Source: Phoronis australis (Eukaryota; Animalia; Phoronida). Taken from it: DNA of 64,000 bases. The notes below the pieces were generated by a model, which had not been told where the DNA came from, made no database searches, and saw nothing but the letters and a program-made list of their open reading frames with translations. The position numbers were made by a program, and so were the translations under genes. Within the stretch, counting starts at the first letter, position 1; each line of letters begins with the position of its first letter. The stretch covers positions 1-64,000 of the forward strand of contig NMRA01000232.1 of assembly GCA_002633005.1 (NCBI GenBank). Direction: 5' to 3'. Shown here piece by piece: positions 23,501 through 36,507 of this stretch.

Positions 23501-26500
23501 GAAAGCACCATCTACTGTTGAATTGTGTAATCGTTCACTTGCAGTGGCGAGTTCGGCTCCAGCCGGTCTAGACAAAGGAACTCCTCATAAACCACCAAAA
23601 TTGCCTAGTCGGTCGTTAACACAACCTAGTTTGCGACAACCAGCCACCAAGCGGAAATCATCGTTAACATCGTCATCACTGACTAAAACAAACACAGATC
23701 CGGTTATAAAGCGACAGGTGTTTCCAAAAATTCAGGCCGAGACGAAAAAGACTGTGCAACCAGCAGCCTCCCCTAGCAATACTAGTGAAACATCGAAGAT
23801 GCCTGCAATAGAGACTGAATCAATAGGTCAGCACCTTTTACAAACTCATGTGATGTTTAGTGAAATCTGTTACCAAATTTGCAAAGGACAAACTTTCAAA
23901 CTGCACTCTAATCATCGAAGATTGAGTAAATCGAAAAAGTATTCCTCCCCTCTGTGAATGTGAATGCTTCTCAACAGCACTCATTCTTAAAACTGTGTGT
24001 TCTAAAACTCCTCATATTTGTCTAGTTTGTTGTGCTTGCCTCTTGCCAGTTGATCGGTTCTTCCTCATTAGGTGCACCTGTCGTCTGCTCTAAACCCTAA
24101 CCTTGTTGTCCGTGTGATATACTCGAGGCTTTTTCCCACTAATTTCTATGCTTTGGTGTTTAGGGTAGTGAATAAAACTTCAATGGCATCTTAGATCAAA
24201 GTTTACCATAGGTGTGTCTAACTATGGACTGTCCAGGCGTCAATACAATAAGGTGGTGCATCAGTGTTATCAAAGATATTGGCCGCTGTCACTTTCAACA
24301 ACATCACGTGTTGCGTTGATTTTTGTTTACTTTTTGAACAAGTATTCATGTTTTGAATACTCTAAGGAATTAATTTTGTTTGTTTTCCGAATATGAACTT
24401 TATTCCTCATCTTTATAAACCTTCTTTATCACCTTTAGCTACCTTGCAATGAGTTTGCGAACTTAAGCACCCGGTACCAATAACTTTGATATTGGTAAAG
24501 TAGCAGAGCTTAGTGGAAAGCTCGACTTCATTTGAGTTGCAGTTTCCGCCAAAACTCCTCCACTCACTATTGACGGTATGTTGCTTGACTCCATGTTGTT
24601 TCACTCGTACCTAATGGTGCATAGCGTTTACTATTGAATTGAAATAACTGGAAGGGATTAAAGGAATTCAAACTCTCTTAAAAGAAATATTAAGTACTAA
24701 TTACTGAAGTTCTCTGAAATTGAGAATTTCTTAGTTGCCATTATTAAATCGAAGAGCTCTAGGTTTTGCAAAGTAACTGTGAGGACAGAAAAGATGAATT
24801 AAACAATGAAAAACTGTTAAGCTTATAATAAAAACATAGTGCATGACATTTTCTAGTTACGCTCTGCTTTGGCATTTACATGGTAAACACGTTGCAATTT
24901 TTGTTTATTTTTCGGTTGCTTGTTTTTTTGCGTTCGTAATATTTGAAGCAACATTTAAATCCAATCAAAACACGGATGGAGATGGTGATTGAAAGCCTGA
25001 CTGTTTTTGTCTCCTCCGTGTAAATCACTCTGATGTCTAACATTTCCTATATGCTTCGCTCACTAACAACATTGATGCACTATGTAATTATATGACTGTG
25101 GAGTGTTTAAAGTGCACAGAATATTAAGAACTCTGAATTTTGAGCTTGCACAAACTTGTAGTAAATCTTTCTGTACGACAATACTCTCCAACGGCCCTTA
25201 CTGTGTGAGAGAAGCACATGCACAAGTGGTAACACAACAACAATTGGTACAACTACAAACATAGTATTCCACAAAGATAAATACTCAGTCTGGTGGTTTT
25301 AATGAGAATCTCAGTGGCGGATTTTGAGGAGGGCCAAGAGGGCCATGCCCCCATAAAATTCTCCCAGATTCCACTTGGCATCTCGGGAGTGCGAATTCCT
25401 GACTGGTAAAGTCGTGGCTAATACACTGTCCTGCCCCCCCCCAACTCAGAATCCTGGATCTGCCCCTGAATCTAATACTGAGATTAGCTTTTCCAGAGTC
25501 CATCATGTTGTTTCTTTGAATTGGCTGCTGAGTAGTGTTGATAGATTATTGACTCGCCAAGGTCATGGTTACTTTTTTGCATCTGAAAATCAACATGTTG
25601 ACCAAGTGTGAAAGTCAACAATACTTTTATTGTATGGGTACATCCATTAAGTATTTCATGGAAGGGGGATATGATTGGGCTTTCACTCGTTTGGTCAGTC
25701 AGCTACCAGTTTTTTACCAAAAACGTGAAAGGATTTTCCAGGAGTAGCGGTCATTATTGCAATTTAGTGACTGCGTGGTACTAGTTTTTAACTTCATGAT
25801 TTGTCCATATCACATAATGGTGTGAGTCATTGTTAAATATAAGAAATAGTTACAGGTGTAAGTTCATGTTGCCGCGTGCATATAGGGCTCTAAGTGCATT
25901 AAACTTGCCTTCAAAGTTATTACTTAAGGTGAAATATTTCTTTGTCTATGTGTGAGTTGAATGTCTCTGATGAAGCCATGTCTTAATGAGATTTAGACAC
26001 TTTAGAATCCTGCCAGATGCTTGAGTGATAGTCACGAGGCTATGTGTGTTTCTGTCAATGACATCCGACTACTAACTACTAACAGTGTGAAACTTTTGTG
26101 CTTCCTGATTGGTTTGCATTAAACTTTGACCTTAAGATGAGTGTCTGGCTTGGTTTGAGTTAGGCTTCTCACTTTTGGTATTAACCATGGCGTTTGTAGT
26201 ACTGTTATGTTTTTCGGAATCTGTTGTCAGTGAAATTATTTTGATTTACTTAGAGTGCATAGTTATTTTAAAATTTCAAGTCACTTATTTACTTTGCGTA
26301 GCAGAATTCATGTTCCTTTGATCACCACTGTATGCACTCAGTTTGATTTTGTGTATTGAAAGATTACTTGGTTCTGGTGGATAAACTTGAAATCTCTTCC
26401 GTATTTAAAGTGCGGTTAACCTTCATCCAATTTAAAAGAACTGTTTGCGGCAAAAAACAAATTTGCCTTGAATAATTCTGGAGGTCGATGCATTCTGTGA

Positions 26501-29500
26501 AAGAACTTCAGTTGCAATTATTGTTTAATTGGCTGCTAGTAATAATCACTATTGGTTTCTAAGATTTAAAAGGAAACAATTGGTGTCAGTGTTGAAAAAT
26601 ATGTCATTGTTGAGTAGAGCAGGGCTATAGAACTGCAAAATGTGTTGTATTTTTTTTGAGTTCATTAGAAATGCCGATTCCGAACATTGGCTTTCAGTCT
26701 TTCAGTAAAAGTAAGTGAAGTCTAAGCCGATGACCTTACTATGCTTAAAATAGCCACCGGCTGCTTGGTACATTGGCTTTTATCTTTCCTAACAATGCGT
26801 TGGACTAGGACAACTGAGGTTGTGTGTTTGACTGTATGTATAAGGTGTGATCTCATGTGATCTCACATACACACCTCTGTCACCACTGATGTCACCTTAA
26901 ATCAAAACACATAGAGCATTAGTTACTTGAAGCGAACATCTCCAACTTCAATTTCCAATAGATCCAATTTTGCTGTGATGAATGCGGTTGACCACAGAAA
27001 CAATTAATGACTTCCACTGTATTCTTCGCACAGACTACGATTTCAAAGATGTCTTTTGCTGATCCATTTATAGTCGCCATCTTTCAATAGTGAAACCTAA
27101 TTTGGTGCTCCTTCCTGTGTAAAGTGCATGGGGTGCATTGATGCCGAAAGAGATCCACATTAACGTACTTCTCATTTTGTGTCTGTTTACACTGTTGGGT
27201 TTATTTGGTTAATGTTTTTTCACCTTTTTGTTTTAGTGAGTCGGAAATCTGCACCATCCATTGCCAAGCCACGCACAACTCCACAACTATTAACTGAGTC
27301 AGAAGAGGAAGACAATAACAATGTTAATCCAAGTTGGACCGTTGCCAACAGGTGAACTTTTTGCTTTTCAGCCTTTTATTGCGCATATGCCTTACTGGTT
27401 TGAAGTTAAGTGGCTATAAACCAGAAGGAAAAAATGATTTAGACCTTTTTCCGTTTCAAAATTGATCTCAAATTGTTCTTTACTCAAATTGGAGGTGGTT
27501 TTGGACTTAAAAGAACTGCCGATTCATTATTGCTCGAAACGAGACCCTGCAAGTTGGCTTTTTGTGGTTATTTATTTTAGGCGTTGAACGTGATCTCAAG
27601 CATTAATGAAGTGACAGATTTTTACAAGCTCAGAAAACACGTTCGATTTGACTCTTGCTCAAGTTGAGATCTATTTTGTATCCAGTGAAATAGTCTAAAT
27701 CAGACAGAATATATGTTTATAGATGCTTTAAGTGATGTCCTACAAGAACAATTAAGGCGCCAGATTATTATGAGTGAATCTAATGCTGGCACTAAGATGT
27801 TCGAAAATGTTCAGAAGTGGTGACTTCTTGTTTATTTTATGTGCTGCAGTTAGGCTGAGATGTGTAATGTATGTGTCAGGTTGCAAGCATCTATTAAGAA
27901 CTATTCATACCCGACTGAAACTCATCTGGATGGTTGACACTATAACGGCACATGTGCATGTCTTTTAGGGCGGAGTCTGAGATGGAGATTGACGTCCCAC
28001 CTGAGCCCATCCCCCAGAGCTTATCCATACCCAACTCCATGGCCGCCAGTCCAGCAAAAGCTGTCACTCCAAACCCTCTCAAGGTAACGTGAAGTGTTAA
28101 TATATATAGCCTGGATGGACTCATCACATCAAACTTGTTCTCAGCACATCATGGTGAGACAGAGATGTGCTACTTTCACCAAGTACATGATTTGCATAAT
28201 GTTAAGTGGCTGTGATGTAATCTAAGAGACTTCATTTGCATTTACCCGTGAGAATAGCGTATATACGGGTAATCCACTGGCATTCCATGTGGTTCGAATG
28301 TTCGCTATTGTTTATGCGAGCATGCGCAGACAGTCTGTTTGTAAGTCATTCATGCTGATTCAGTTTGCGATGTACTGTCGTGTAAATACGACTTAAGTGG
28401 AGCAAGTCCGTTCATGCTTTGTGGACAATAAATAAACGTGATAGGACTGGGCTGTTTGTGACATTTGTAAATTGGAGATTTGTAATTTTGATGCACTCCA
28501 TAATTTTCTGAGTTGGTGTGCCTTCTTGGTCAGATAATGCAACATTGGTTCATACTCATTTTATCCGTTTTCAAAATTGTTCTGAAAACTGCCTTGATGT
28601 GACTGCACCTTAAATCCAAGCCATACTTTGATTTTCTTATGTTTTTCATTTAATTTTTGTGGCTTCTGTATTGCATATGTTTTCTGAAATGTTTTGGCAC
28701 AAAGTTAGAATATTTATGCGTAGTGTTGGTTTTGTATCATTTTTTGGGAAATCGTGATGGTTTCATTAACTCACTTGCTTTTGTATCAGTTTGTGTTATG
28801 TTTAGTAAGTATGGATATTGAAACCCTTTCTCATCATACCGGTTATTGCTACAGGTGCCTGATATGACTATTCTGGTGTCAGATGAAGAGCACGGTCTTC
28901 TTAAAGAAACATTCCATCGTCTTGACAACGACAAAGATGGTCATCTGACTTTTGTTCAGGCAAAAAATATTATACCGAAAGAAGCCAGTGCTTCAGAGGA
29001 GAAATACCTGAAACAGGTTTGTTTGTGGTTATTCTGTTGTCAAAAATATTAATATGTTTGCTGATAACAAATCCCGTGAACATCAGAAACTCGGCCGGTT
29101 TCACTGGACCTTGTACTTCGTCAATAGATTTGTGCAATTTCTGCTGTCAAGAAGCCTGTTCATCAGAGAATCTGGTCTAAGGTCTTATCGTATGGCTTAG
29201 GGTAATTACGGCATCACCAATGGCTTCACAGCAATAAAGCACTGGGTGAAATAGATTGATATATTGTGGACTGGTGATTTTTCGAATTGTTTAACTTCTG
29301 GAATTGTATTCCTTGTAAAAAGTTGCTTGGATCATTTTTAACCAGAAGAAATACAATAGAAATTAGCCAAAATCTATGTCTTTAGTTTCAAATCTCTGGC
29401 ACCCGTTGATGAACGGTTTTAGCAAACCTGTGAATGGTAGTAGATAATTGATCTTCGAGTACTAACGGCGGACAAAAGAGCACAGGACTAGATTGATATC

Positions 29501-31728
29501 ACAACTAGCCTCAATTTAGAGACCCCTGTTGTCTGCTGTTGAAACCAAATGGGAGTTTTTTATAATGAGCATGCAACACATGGCAACGCTGTCATTTGAT
29601 GTGTTTACTCAGGCTTGGATGATACCTTTTTATAATTTTCCTTGAACAGACTAGTGTGAATGGTTTGTGAAGCTTGTATTTTGTTATTTATGCATGGCTA
29701 AACTTGTACTGGAGGTGATCAATTGATTTCAGGTGTACGACATCACCAGTGCGAGCACATTCTTTGGTTTGAATGAGTTTATAACACTGTCGTGCCTTTG
29801 TCAAGAGATAACCAAACTCGGGTATGTGTGATTAGTCTCTCACTTAAGTATCACAAATGACGGAAATTTACATTCTTGTTTTGTATCGTGACTGTTGTTC
29901 CATGCATACTATGCGAGATTAGATCTCTTAATGGTTTATGGTTCAGTTTTGTTGGAATACTTGACAACGTTCCACTTAACATTGGTACCATGTTGTAAAC
30001 TTTGTATTTTTCAGTGATGTTGCGAAAGATGCATTTAACCACCTTAACTTTCAAAGTCTGCATGAGTCCATCATACAGTATGTGGTGAGTGATCTTTTGC
30101 AGTCAGGATGATCAATTGTTTGTTTCTCCCTTATGTGTTGGTTTATAATGTCTCCGTAGATGGTAGCACAAGGTTTGTGGCATTCTGTGAAGTCTGAGCA
30201 TTTTGGATTTTTCTTTTGCGCATCCGGTATTGCATTTTGAACAAAAGCGGATGTAATAAAATTTTCATTTTCTTTATTGAAAATTGAATTACACCAAAAG
30301 CACCGTGATTATAATACTAATAGTAACAGTAGTTCTGCAAGTACATAATATATATTATTTGATAATTGTGTGTTACTTTTTATTATTCTATTGCTGCCGA
30401 AGCAGTGGTTTCCTAATAGACAATTTGTTCTTTGCAGGAACTTTTTGAGTCCAAAATAAATGAAGGGAAAGGGTCGATTTCACTGGACAGTTTAGACGAC
30501 ATTTTATGCACAGGTCTAGGGAAGGACAAGACAACAGACCAGACTCTCCTGTTAGAAATCAGACGTTTAGTCAACCCGGTAAAAATGCAGTGTTTTTATG
30601 TCTGGAGTGTATTGACTTTTTACAACTCTGTGGTAATGGTCGCATATAACTTGCCTGAATTTTGTGAACCAGTTTTCTCCACTGAATAATGGGCATCAAA
30701 CTGGTTCTCAAAATACGGGCACGTTATATCTGACTATTGCCCAACTTTCTTAACCACTAGTGTTCAGTCATCTGTTTAAATACGCATAAAAAATAGACAC
30801 TAGACATCTGTGTCATGTATAACACTGGTGTTGTTCAACTTGTTTTTGACATCATACAGCACTCAAATGTGGCAAATAAATGTTCAAGTTTTATCTGATA
30901 AAGGGTGTTGAATCAACCTAAGCCCGTAGAACTAGTAAAAACTGTTGAACCTGTGGCATCCAGGCTATCTCTAATTGGCACTGAAATTGAACCTGTGGCT
31001 TCCAGGCTATATCTAATTTGCACTGAAGTTCACTTTCTCGGATCGAGGTCTGGTTGACTGTCGTTGTTCTGCTATAAAATATACTTATGCGTACTGTTAC
31101 AACCAACTTTTGTATGAACAGTCAGTTGCCACCAACTTGTTTGATGTTATTTTGAGATTTTCTTTGTTCTCTTTAAAATTTGGATATTCATAGATGAGCA
31201 TGTTACGCCACTGACTTACAAACATTTTACAAACATTTTACAAACAATTTACAAACATTTTACAAACATTTTACAAACATTTTACAAACAATTTACAAAC
31301 ATTTTACAAACATTTTACAAACATTTTACAAACATTTTACAAACATTTTACAAACATTTTACAAACAATTTACAATTTACAAACATTTTACAAACATTTT
31401 ACAAACATTTTACAAACATTTTACAAACAATTTACAAACATTTTACAAACATTTTACAAACATTTTACAAACATTTTACAAACCTATTGAGTATTTATTT
31501 TAAGTAACATTTTTGTTTTTGTATAAATAGTTACTGTAAATGTTACACGACCTGACACAAGGTAACTAAAGGTAAATAGAAACCTATGGTATTGGTGCTT
31601 TGTTCTTACATCTGTAGTGTACTGTAACTGAACTGTCATTGCTTTCATTGCAGGATATGGAGGACTCTGTCAGCAAAGTTAAGTTTCTGGCTCATATTCC
31701 ATATTTTCTGACATTTGAGGAATCATAG
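14595..31728 (+). CDS. Uncharacterised ~631-aa protein with Ser/Pro-rich disordered segments and a C-terminal EF-hand-like domain (15 exons)
   Basis: Exons 14595-14858, 16154-16239, 18039-18153, 18297-18322, 19536-19739, 20517-20612, 21916-21971, 23545-23826, 27237-27351, 27969-28083, 28855-29016, 29733-29821, 30015-30084, 30438-30578 and 31654-31728. All are GT-AG with compatible phases, giving one open frame of 1896 nt ending ...FLAHIPYFLTFEES*. EF-hand loop in LKETFHRLDNDKDGHLTFVQ. Confidence 0.85.
21240..21744. mobile_element. Non-autonomous DNA transposon (MITE) in an intron
   Basis: Perfect TIR cagggcttggaat / attccaagccctg, flanked on both sides by aatatt. The interior is CpG-rich with repeated ttccgc motifs. 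Confidence 0.85.
25312..25468. mobile_element. Short MITE
   Basis: Imperfect TIR cagtggcggatt / gatctgcccctg, with direct repeat aatct on both flanks (25307-25311 and 25469-25473). Confidence 0.7.
30947..31030. repeat. 42-bp tandem duplication
   Basis: gaacctgtggc.tccaggctat.tctaatt.gcactgaa present twice. Confidence 0.85.
31216..31483. repeat. 11-bp minisatellite (ttacaaacatt)n, ~24 copies
   Basis: Directly visible, with occasional acaaacaattt variants. Confidence 0.97.
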
Positions 31729-33344
31729 TTGAGCCTGCGCCATGCGACGCTGGCATGCTCTCAGCATTGAGTAGCTGTCAGTCAGCAGTGGATTTCTTTG
31801 CCCAGTACATGATTTGATTTGATTACTTCGATAGGCCTCCCTCCGGGCCTCGTAAGTGTGAAAGCCTCAATTCCACTAGAGTTATGCAGTATCTTACAGC
31901 TTCAGTCTGTTATAGATGAAGCTTCAGCTAGAAGCTGCTCTCACTAGCATTTCATCTACTGTGTTGAATAATCAATTCAAAAGTTAAAATTATTTGTTAA
32001 AAATCAGAATAAAACAGTTAATTTGAGCAAAGCGGATCATGCAGTTAAACGTTTGTTCTTGCCAGTTAAAAAAGAATCACTTTGAGTCATGAAAGTGAGG
32101 TTTTAGATAGTCCATTTTTGACTGTACTGTGATCTATGCATTGTCTTGAAAGCCAGTGCACATTGGTGGTGTTCTTCTATGTATGGAGACTTGATTACTG
32201 CACTCTGTTTTTGGGTGTTGGATTAGTCACCATTAATGTTGTAATGGTGTTCATTGGCAGTGTTTTGATCAGGTCAGCATTTTTGTTTTCTTGTTAAACG
32301 TCCAGGTTGGGTAGCGTCCAAATTTCATTGTCCCAGATGTGCCTTACAGTTATTCTTTGTGTGAGCGCCTTATTTTGAACAACATTTTTTCACTTTGGAT
32401 CACAGAATTTGTTTTGTGGTTAGATTATGTGACATGTTGCCATGCCAATTGTAGATGTTTTGAAAAATATTTTTGTTAAAATTATGAGAAGTTCAACAAC
32501 AGAACAGCATTTTTATCATCGAGGTAAATTTTGATGCCAAAGTCTTCAAATCTCGACAAGCAAAGGGTATAGGGTTGTTTTTATGCCATTTTACAGGTGT
32601 GCAAGTTTTACCGTATTCAACTCTACTTAATATTCAGCTTTTAACTCTTGTGGTGCAGACAGGTTGTTTATTTTTACTGAAATTTGTTTTATATTAATCC
32701 GTTGAAAAACATTGTGATCCTGTTGCCAAGCCATGTTACTCTGTGATGAAGTAGCATGTGCCAAGCAACGTGGCATGTCACGGGTTTCTCACTTTTTATC
32801 TGAAGTTAACTATGCCCCAGTAAATCATGGGCTGTTTTCTGTAGAGCCAAGGCACTCATGAAAATGCGAGATAACACAATTCTTCACGAGATATTGGGGC
32901 ATTAGCTTTATTTACAAGTATCTAGCTTCGGCCTACGGAATGCAGCACTGCTCTACATCTCTAAGCCTAATTTCTGGTGTCTCATTGTTTTGTTACATGC
33001 GAGTACAGAAATTTTTAAAGTTTATGTTAGTGTTACGCATTATACAACTGGTGTCAGAGAACGTACTGTCTGCTGTGCAGTGTTACTGGTTGGTGGTAGC
33101 ATTCACTGTGTTCTCACTTTTCTGAGTATTATTTTCACATTTTAGTTGTTTTCAATTTCATGATCATGTAGAATTGATCTTAGGGTTTAAACTATTTTTG
33201 GTACATTAAAAGTTTTGTAAAGATTTTGGGTTGTTTTCTTTTACACTCTGTTCCTGGAGTTTTCAGAAAAACATTGGATTCAGGTGTGCCTCCCCTCAAG
33301 AATGATGCACCCATTTCAGTAGCTACCAGTCAGTGAAAAAATCC

Positions 33345-33426
33345 ACCCATTTCGATACCGAAACTCTTGACTGATACACCCATTTCAATACCAAAACTCT
33401 TGACCGATACACCCACTTCAATACCA
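33345..33426. repeat. ~33-bp tandem repeat, ~2.5 copies
   Basis: cacc(c)atttc.atacc.aaactcttgac.gata repeated. Confidence 0.8.
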
Positions 33427-34059
33427 ACCAATCACTGAACGAAGCCACCCATTTCACTACATGGCAGAAACTTAAGTGGAATAATTGAGAATTTTGTAAG
33501 AAACCCTAACCACAGTAACACCTCCACAAAGTCAACACACAACAATACCAGTCTTGACAAAAATGATACAAATATTGATGAAAAACAGACTCCTATTAAT
33601 AGCAAAATTGGCAAAATCATACTCGTATCGGAAGTAAAATTGGTGGAAGCCATACTCTTAAGTGGCACACGTGCACCCACTCATATCAACTCGACGACTA
33701 CTTACAGAGGCATGTTCAAAGCATTCCATGGTTAACTTGTGCTCTTACAAATGAATGTTTATTTCCAATAATCGGAACATCCAAGAGCACAAATCATATT
33801 TTAAAAAACTGACAACTGTTCTATCTAGAACATTACGATGAACATGGCAGAAACTTTGATATTTTGCTTTGTCAATTTTTCAACAAAAATTCATTTTTTG
33901 TGAAAATTATGGTAATAAAAACTTCGTTGAATGCAAAATTTTGATTCACCTTTATTCTGTTATAAAATTGAACATCTCACTCCAAACAAGTTAGTATTTG
34001 ATGAACAACTATCTTGTTCACATGGGATCAGCAATTACTACACAACAATAGCGACACAA

Positions 34060-34625
34060 TCTCTCAACATTTAATAACTCAGAGAGTGCATGATAGCTAT
34101 AAACACTAAGTGTAAATCACAACAAACTCATTCAAATGAGTCACATTTTTAACATCCATAACTCAGCTAGTGCATGATGGCAGTAAATACTAAGTGCAAA
34201 TCATAACAAACTCATTCAAATGAGCCACAGACTCAATATCCATAACTCGGTGAGTGCATGATAGCTGTAAACACTAAGTGTAAATCACAACAAACTCATT
34301 CAAATGAGTCACATTTTTAACATCCATAACTCAGCTAGTGCATGATGGCGGTAAATACTAAGTGCAAATCATAACAAACTCATTCAAATGAGCCACAGAC
34401 TCAATATCCATAACTCGGTGAGTGCATGATAGCTGTAAACACTAAATGTAAATCACAGTGAACTCATCCAAATGAGCTGCAATCTCTTAACACTCCATAA
34501 CTTAGCGAGTGCATGATAGCAGGAAACACTAAGTGTAAATCACAACAAACTCATGCAAATGAACTGCAATCTCTCAACACTCCAAATCTCAGCGAGTGTA
34601 TGATAGGAACACTAAGTATAAATCT
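34060..34625. repeat. ~83-85-bp tandem repeat, ~7 copies, partly organised as a dimeric higher-order repeat
   Basis: Recurring cataactc...agtgcatgat...actaagtg.aaatca.aacaaactcattcaaatgag. Confidence 0.93.
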
Positions 34626-35678
34626 CAGGTGAATGTAAAATACCGCACATTATAAACGACAACAGTGCAATAAGCAATAACAAGTGCAAAGGCAAGAAAA
34701 GTGGCTTAAATCTTGTAAAAAGAGTATCAAGCTAAATGCGGGTGTACTGCAACAGCTACACAGTGGACATGGTTATTAAATTTCAAAAAAGCAGTAGGTG
34801 TCACTACTCTCTATCCAAAAGTGGTCATAATCAAGACTGCAGTCCATTCTTCAATTGAAGACACAATATAGTAGCAAAGTTGAATTTTGTTTATATTTCT
34901 CAAATAAAAATCAATATTGTATGTTACAGACAGACCCTTACTTCATAACTCTGCGAGGTCTGAGCTGCACACCAGTTTTCAGACATTTGGTAAAAATTTG
35001 AGTATTTACAGCCGCGATAAAGTTTGTCTTTAAAAATAGCAAAATGCCAATTCTAACAATTACTTTGTCGCAAATTGAAGAATTGTTATCGTCATTGTCT
35101 GTTGAACAACCTTGCTATGATACCAATAAAAACTTTTAAGCCAATCTTCAACTAATCAGTATCGTTTTATATGATGTGCTGCGATGGTGGAAGTTCCAAC
35201 ACAACCTTTGATCAAAGGTCATATTCAGCTAAGAGGGCAGAGTTAAACAAAGTCTGCTGGAGACAGACATCCTTAAATTCCTTCAAGGTGAAGAATGGTG
35301 CAAAGTGAAAGAAATAACATCTAACAATAGTTATCTAAGTTATAATATGATCAATAACACAGTATTATGCCTTTTACTAAATTGCAGTTAATGGGATTTT
35401 GACTACCAGCCCATTAGAGAACGTGGTAAAAACAACATGACAGTGTTTATGGAATTAACATTAATCTGCCTGTGCCAGATGTGAAAAAGTAAGTTCTTAT
35501 TGTTAGTTATAAGTAAATGCCATAGATTCTGATCTACAAAACAATATGCCAACATCTGCTAAAACGGGACTTCAGAATAAGGACAGGATATGAAATTCAC
35601 TAGGTCACACCAACATAAGAACAATCACAGAACACACGTGGCTACAGAGACATCTGGTGACAGTTGGTAATCAACTAA

Positions 35679-36507
35679 AGCCCATTTCAGACGAGCGACA
35701 TTAATCGCCTGAAAAGCTGGCCAATATGTTTACCTGTAAGTTGTTCGACTTTTCTCCATTGCATTCATACATTAGTATCAGGTCGGCCAACAACAAATAC
35801 GGCAAGCAAAAAATTATGACTATATTTGCACCAAAATGATCTTGATCAAAGCAAGCTGGACAGGGCACCACTGTGGAATTTGTTGAGTCATGTTAGTCAG
35901 GATAACTGAACAAATCTTGCTTTATGTTGACTTTGCTATGGCTGGAAAAACTAATTATTCTTATATTTTACCTCGCATCATCGAACGGAATCAAATGTGG
36001 CAAGCAGACAGCAATGCAGCTCATGACAACATTGTGGATAACTTTATACAATTGAGCTGGTAAGATTTGTATCTTGTTCACAATCAGCACATATGCTAGT
36101 GCTTAACAATTTCCGCGCACCGTTCAAAACAATTGCCCGGCAGTTATATGAGATTTCCATTGTCTTTTGATTTTGCATTCCATACATATAGTTAAGCACA
36201 CACATTTCTTCAAACTTGCACTGGTCAAACAACATTAGGTCAAGACCAAATGAAACTGTGGAAATGGGTAATGTTGGTAATGCAAATGCAACTTTTTATT
36301 GGTCTTTGAACGCATGCACTCCTCCCACTTTCGCAAAGCATTGGCTGAAAACAAAGTCAAACATGTCTGACTTCTCTACAACTTGTTAGTCGAGGCCTAC
36401 AACATGCTGCGCGACATGATGGGAGGTCATTCACAAGTGCAATTTCCGTGCCGGTCGACGCGTCGTGCAACTTTTCGGCCTGCAAGATCACTTGTCTGAA
36501 GCGGACT
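35679..36507. mobile_element. Degenerate non-autonomous TIR element (PIF/Harbinger-like ends)
   Basis: Left end agcccatttcagacgagcga versus reverse complement of the right end agtccgcttcagacaagtga; flanks taa / tca. Confidence 0.45.
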
